A stretch of DNA of 32,000 bases from Alkalilimnicola ehrlichii MLHE-1 (GTDB taxonomy: Bacteria > Pseudomonadota > Gammaproteobacteria > Nitrococcales > Halorhodospiraceae). Positions 27,516 through 32,000 of the stretch are shown one piece after another. Every line of letters starts with the position of its first letter. Position 1 is the stretch's first letter. The DNA is taken from NCBI RefSeq assembly GCF_000014785.1, contig NC_008340.1:60001-92000 (forward strand), written 5' to 3'. Under the pieces are notes generated by a model, which was given only the letters and a program-made list of their open reading frames with translations, ran no database searches and was not told where the DNA came from. The position numbers and the translations under genes were made by a program.

Positions 27516-28766
27516 TTACGTCTTGCTCTGCTGGACAAAGTCCGGGTAGGCCTCGATACCGCACTCGGTGATGTCCAGGCCCTGCTGCTCCTCTTCCTCG
27601 GTCACGCGGATCCCCATGACCGCCTTGAGGATCAGCCAGAGCACCAGGCTCACGCCGAAGGTCCAGGCGAAGATGGTCAGGATGCCCGCGATCTGGGCGA
27701 AGAAGCTGGCGTCGTCCATCCAGAGCAGGACGGCCATGACGCCCCAGATGCCGGCCGTGCCGTGGGCGGAGATCGCCCCGACGGGGTCGTCGATCTTGAG
27801 CTTGTCCAGGCCAACGATGGAGAGCACCACCAGCACGCCACCCACGGCACCGATGAAGGTCGCCAGCAGCAGACTCGGCGCATCCGGGCCGGCGGTGATG
27901 GAGACCAGACCGGCAATGGCGCCGTTCAGGGCCATGGTCAGGTCGGCCTTGCCGAACATCAGGCGGGCGGTGACCAGCGCCGCCACCACGCCGCCGGCCG
28001 CGGCCAGGTTGGTGTTGGCGAAGACCAGGGCCACCGCGTTGGCGGAGTCCACGTCGGAGACCTTGAGCTCGGAGCCGCCGTTGAAGCCGAACCAGCCCAG
28101 CCAGAGGATGAACACACCCAGCGTGGCCAGCGGCATGTTGGCGCCCGGGATGGGCCGCACCTCGCCGTTGGGGCCGTACTTGCCCTTACGCGGGCCCAGC
28201 ACCAGCACCGCGGCCAGGGCGGCGGAGGCACCGAACATGTGCACGATGCCCGAGCCGGCGTAGTCGGCGTAGCCCAGCTGGTCGAGGAAGCCCTCGCCCC
28301 AGCTCCAGTAGCCCTGGATGGGGTAGACGAAGCCGGTCAGCACCACCGCGAAGAGCAGGAAGGACCAGAGCTTCATGCGTTCGGCCACCGCCCCCGAAAT
28401 AATGGACATGGCCGTGGCCACAAACACCACCTGGAAGAAGAAGTCCGAGACGTCGGAGTAGTAGGAGGCCTCACCGGCCGCCACCGCCGCGGCGCTGTTG
28501 TCGGACGCGCCCAGGATGAAGCTGATGGATGGGATGACCGAACTCAGGCCGTCGCCGTACATGATGTTGTAGCCCACCACCATGTACATGATGCAGGCGA
28601 TGGCGTAGAGCGAGATGTTCTTGGTGAGGATTTCCGTGGTGTTCTTGGAACGGACCAGCCCCGCCTCCAGCATGGTAAAGCCGGCGGCCATCCACATGAC
28701 CAGCGCGCCGGATACCAGGAAGTAGAAGGTATCCAGGGCGTATGAGATTTCGCGTATCTCTTCCAT
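27516..28766 (-). CDS. amtB: Ammonium transporter AmtB
   Basis: TM-rich; GGxxVHxxAG replaced by GYADYAGSGIVHMFGASAALAAVLVLGPRKGK, HGTAGIWG, GGxxLLxxGWFGFNGGSE-type WLGWFGFNGGSELKV. Confidence 0.95.
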   Translation of the reverse strand: MEEIREISYALDTFYFLVSGALVMWMAAGFTMLEAGLVRSKNTTEILTKNISLYAIACIMYMVVGYNIMYGDGLSSVIPSISFILGASDNSAAAVAAGEASYYSDVSDFFFQVVFVATAMSIISGAVAERMKLWSFLLFAVVLTGFVYPIQGYWSWGEGFLDQLGYADYAGSGIVHMFGASAALAAVLVLGPRKGKYGPNGEVRPIPGANMPLATLGVFILWLGWFGFNGGSELKVSDVDSANAVALVFANTNLAAAGGVVAALVTARLMFGKADLTMALNGAIAGLVSITAGPDAPSLLLATFIGAVGGVLVVLSIVGLDKLKIDDPVGAISAHGTAGIWGVMAVLLWMDDASFFAQIAGILTIFAWTFGVSLVLWLILKAVMGIRVTEEEEQQGLDITECGIEAYPDFVQQSKT

Positions 28767-28828
28767 TGCTTTGACTCCCGATGACCCTTGTGTCGATTGC
28801 TGTAGGGATCAGTGGTGAATGGACGGCC

Positions 28829-29179
<351 letters not shown>

Positions 29180-29241
29180 CTAACAGTCCTTGCCAAAACC
29201 CGCTTGAGGTCGAAACGCCTGATGGCGTTCGGCCGGAGGTG

Positions 29242-29258
29242 CTGCACGGGGCGTGCCA
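29242..29258 (-). promoter_or_regulatory. Sigma54 promoter of glnK-amtB
   Basis: Minus strand TGGCACG-CCCC-GTGCA (GG-N10-GC), about 75 nt upstream of glnK. Confidence 0.85.
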
Positions 29259-29354
29259 AAACCCTTAATACGCGGGAAAACAGGCCGTTGTTGCGCCTGT
29301 CCGGCGGCCTGCGCCATACTGCAATGCACCACGCGGGGGATCGCCCCGCGCCGG

Positions 29355-29371
29355 CGCACCAAATCGGTGCG
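29355..29371. promoter_or_regulatory. Putative NtrC enhancer site
   Basis: CGCACC-AAATC-GGTGCG, resembles the NtrC consensus TGCACC-N5-GGTGCA; about 130 nt upstream of the predicted glnK start site. Confidence 0.7.
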
Positions 29372-29409
29372 ACGCACCAAAGATGGGAAGCCACCCGGGA
29401 GAGATCGCC

Positions 29410-29724
29410 ATGCTGGACCCGAAGACCCTTGATGAAATGGCCAGGAAGTTCACCGCCAACCTGCCCGAGGGCGTGCAGCAGTTTCAGCGGGAAGTGGAGC
29501 AGAACGTGCGGGCCAGCCTGCAGGCCGGGTTCTCCCGGCTGGATCTGGTGACCCGTGAGGAGTTCGATGCCCAGGCCCGCGTGCTGGCGCGCACCCGCGC
29601 CCAATTGGAGGAACTGACCCAGCGGGTGGAGGCCCTGGAGGCCGCCGCCGCTGGGGGTGGCGACGCCGCCGCTCCGGCCGGGGAGAAGCCGCAGGACACG
29701 CAGGGCCAGGACAAGAAGGCCTAA
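29410..29724 (+). CDS. ubiK: Ubiquinone biosynthesis accessory factor UbiK (BMFP/YqiC)
   Basis: MLDPKTLDEMARKFTANLPEGVQQFQREVEQNVRASLQAGFSRLDLVTREEFDAQARVLARTRAQLEELTQRVEALE; start at ATG 29410. Confidence 0.92.
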   Translation: MLDPKTLDEMARKFTANLPEGVQQFQREVEQNVRASLQAGFSRLDLVTREEFDAQARVLARTRAQLEELTQRVEALEAAAAGGGDAAAPAGEKPQDTQGQDKKA

Positions 29725-29787
29725 GCGCTCACAGACACTCCGCCCAGCGGAACCGGGCGGGGTTGCATCACAAGGAGGTGGACAGGG

Positions 29788-31305
29788 ATGTCATTGGCTG
29801 TGGTTCATACCCGGGCCTCGCTGGGGCTGGCCGCCCCGGAGGTCACCGTGGAGGTACACATCGGGCCCGGGCTGCCGGCACTGGCCATCGTCGGGCTGCC
29901 GGAGACCGCCGTGCGCGAGGCGCGCGAGCGGGTGCGCTCGGCGCTCACCATGGCGGGCTTTGAGTTCCCTGCCGGCCGCATCACGGTGAATCTCGCCCCC
30001 GCCGACCTGCCCAAGGGCGGCGGTCGTTACGATCTGCCCATCGCCCTGGGCATCCTCCGCGCCTCTGAACAGCTAAACGCCCCTCTGGGCGACTGGGAGT
30101 TCGCCGGCGAACTGGCCCTCAGCGGCCGCCTGCGGGCCATCCCCGGGCTGCTGCCGCTGGCGGTGCAGGCGCGCAAGGCCGGGCGGGGGCTGGTGGTGCC
30201 CGAGGCCTGCGGGGGCGAGGTGGCGTTGGTCCACCGCAACGCCCTGACCGCGGGGCATCTCCTGGATGTCTGTCGGCACCTGGGCGGTGAGGCCTGTCTG
30301 GCGCCGGCGTGTGCCCGGGCGTCGGAGCCGGCCGGGGCGCCGGTGGCGGACCTGGCCGACGTGCGCGGCCAGGCCGGCGCCCGACGGGCGCTGGAGATCG
30401 CCGCCGCCGGCGGCCACGCCCTCCTGCTGTGCGGCCCGCCGGGTACCGGCAAGAGCATGCTGGCGGCGCGCCTGCCGGGGATTCTGCCCGCCATGACCGA
30501 GGCCGAGGCCCTGGAGGCGGCGGCGGTGGCCTCGGTCAGCCATGCGGGGTTTCGTCCCGAGCAATGGGCCCGCCGGCCCTTCCGCCAGCCGCACCACAGC
30601 GCCTCACAGGCGGCGTTGATCGGCGGCGGGCGCAAGCCCGGGCCCGGCGAGGCCTCGTTGGCTCACCGCGGCATCCTGTTCCTGGACGAGCTGCCGGAGT
30701 TCAGTCGCGGCGCGTTGGAGGCCCTGCGTGAGCCGCTGGAGACCGGCGAGGTGCATATCTCCCGGGCCTCGGCCCGGGTCAGTTACCCGGCCCGGTTCCA
30801 GCTCATAGCGGCCATGAACCCCTGCCCCTGCGGCCACCTGGGGGACCCGGCCGGGCGTTGCCGCTGCACCCCGGAGCAGGTCCAGCGGTATCGCGGCCGG
30901 CTCTCCGGCCCACTGATGGACCGGCTGGACATGCAGGTGGCGGTGCCCCGGTTGAGCGCGACCGAATTACAGGTCGACGGGGCGACGGGGGAGGACAGTG
31001 AGGTGGTGCGGGCTCGGGTGACGGCGGCCCGGGCCCGGCAACAGGCCCGGGCGGGCGTGGAGAATGCGCACCTCCAGGGGCGGGCCCTGGAGGCCCATTG
31101 CCGGCTGGCGCCGACGGACGCCCGGTTGCTGGCCCGGGCCATGGAGCAGCTGGGGTTGTCCGCTCGGGCCTACCACCGGGTGTTGCGGCTGGCGCGCACC
31201 ATTGCCGATCTGGAGGGTGCGGACGCGATCCACTCCCCGCACCTGACCGAGGCGCTGGCCCTGCGCCGGGGCCTGGAGCCCGGTCGCGGTGCGGTCGGGC
31301 CCTGA
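29788..31305 (+). CDS. comM: YifB/ComM family Mg chelatase-like AAA ATPase
   Basis: VEVHIGPGLPALAIVGLPETAVREARERVRSAL...NLAPADLPKGGGRYDLPIALGIL, GPPGTGKSMLAARLPGILP, FLDELPEF. Confidence 0.96.
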   Translation: MSLAVVHTRASLGLAAPEVTVEVHIGPGLPALAIVGLPETAVREARERVRSALTMAGFEFPAGRITVNLAPADLPKGGGRYDLPIALGILRASEQLNAPLGDWEFAGELALSGRLRAIPGLLPLAVQARKAGRGLVVPEACGGEVALVHRNALTAGHLLDVCRHLGGEACLAPACARASEPAGAPVADLADVRGQAGARRALEIAAAGGHALLLCGPPGTGKSMLAARLPGILPAMTEAEALEAAAVASVSHAGFRPEQWARRPFRQPHHSASQAALIGGGRKPGPGEASLAHRGILFLDELPEFSRGALEALREPLETGEVHISRASARVSYPARFQLIAAMNPCPCGHLGDPAGRCRCTPEQVQRYRGRLSGPLMDRLDMQVAVPRLSATELQVDGATGEDSEVVRARVTAARARQQARAGVENAHLQGRALEAHCRLAPTDARLLARAMEQLGLSARAYHRVLRLARTIADLEGADAIHSPHLTEALALRRGLEPGRGAVGP

Positions 31306-31328
31306 GGCCGGGCCCTTAGCAGCGGACC

Positions 31329-31883
31329 TTAGTAGTCCACGGCCAGCCCGGCCTCTTCCAGCATCCAGATCACCACCCAGCGCAGCTCGGTGTCGTCGGC
31401 GTCGGCGCCGCCGCGCGGGGGCATGGCGCCCATGCCGCTGATGACGTTGTTGACCAGGCCGTCCAGGCCGCGCTCCTCGAAGCGGGGGGCCCACTCGCCC
31501 TCCTCGCCCGTCACCGGAGAGCCGGCCACGCCGGTGGCGTGGCAGGCCATGCAGGCGGCCTGGTTGATCTGTTGCGCCACCTCGGCGTCGAAGGCGGGGC
31601 GCTCCTCCGGTTCGGCGGGTTCTTCCACCTCGGCGACCTCGGGGTCGACGTCGTCCTCGACCACGTCCGGGGCCTCGTCCCGCCCGGCGATGGCGACCTG
31701 GCCCACCGGGGCGATGGCCTGAAGCACCCGCTCGCGCTCATGCTCGGCGCGCTGCTCGGCCACGTGGCCGAGGGTGCCGCCGGTGTACTGGGAGAGGCCG
31801 GCCAGCGCCAGCGCAATCAGCGCCAGCAGGATGATGATTCCGATGAAGGTGTTTACGAAGGTCTGGTCCTGAGTCTTGCTCAC
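31329..31883 (-). CDS. Membrane-anchored cytochrome c5-like protein
   Basis: N-terminal TM helix, acidic linker, single CMACH heme motif, VNNVISGMGAMPPRGG. Confidence 0.88.
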   Translation of the reverse strand: MSKTQDQTFVNTFIGIIILLALIALALAGLSQYTGGTLGHVAEQRAEHERERVLQAIAPVGQVAIAGRDEAPDVVEDDVDPEVAEVEEPAEPEERPAFDAEVAQQINQAACMACHATGVAGSPVTGEEGEWAPRFEERGLDGLVNNVISGMGAMPPRGGADADDTELRWVVIWMLEEAGLAVDY

Positions 31884-32000
31884 GTGGATTCCTCACCACT
31901 GGTGGTCAAATCAGTGCGAATAATACTTTTTCTTGGCCGCAAAGCTTGCCACGAAATGGGGTGCGTGGGTAGCCCTGACCGGCGGGCGTTGGTTCGCTCT

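Noticed and set aside
27224-27538. 104-aa minus-strand ORF in the regulator/amtB convergent gap
   Set aside because: Covers two terminator structures and overlaps the regulator 3' end; Arg/Pro-rich with no recognisable motif.

Overview
This GC-rich chromosomal window looks gammaproteobacterial, possibly Ectothiorhodospiraceae-like; that placement is inferred from gene content and protein style only. It starts with the end of a type VI secretion (T6SS) cluster: tssA/vasJ-like, tssM, hcp and PAAR, then a 49-codon ORF and a small exported helical-repeat protein. The rest is mostly housekeeping genes: dapF, DUF484, xerC, a TetR regulator with acuI/yhdH, hslVU, DUF971, ubiE-ubiJ-ubiB, speA and speE (divergent), a PAS-GAF-PAS-GGDEF-EAL protein, a zinc-ribbon/RDD protein, fetAB-like ABC genes, a large BTAD/degenerate-cyclase/AAA regulator, glnK-amtB, ubiK, comM and a cytochrome c5-like protein. 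I saw no CRISPR, rRNA, tRNA or clear mobile element. The observations most worth checking are: (1) the 49-codon ORF that overlaps both the PAAR gene and the exported-protein gene by 4 nt, a candidate effector remnant or micro-effector with an immunity-like partner; (2) a sigma54-type promoter upstream of hcp with an imperfect palindrome over its -24 box; (3) near-identical TAGAC-N5-GTCTA operators before the tetR and acuI genes, the first in an apparently leaderless arrangement; (4) a BTAD-AAA regulator whose internal cyclase-like domain seems to have lost a metal-binding motif; and (5) several perfect or near-perfect intergenic palindromes of unknown role. No clear-cut novel defence or mobile system was found.
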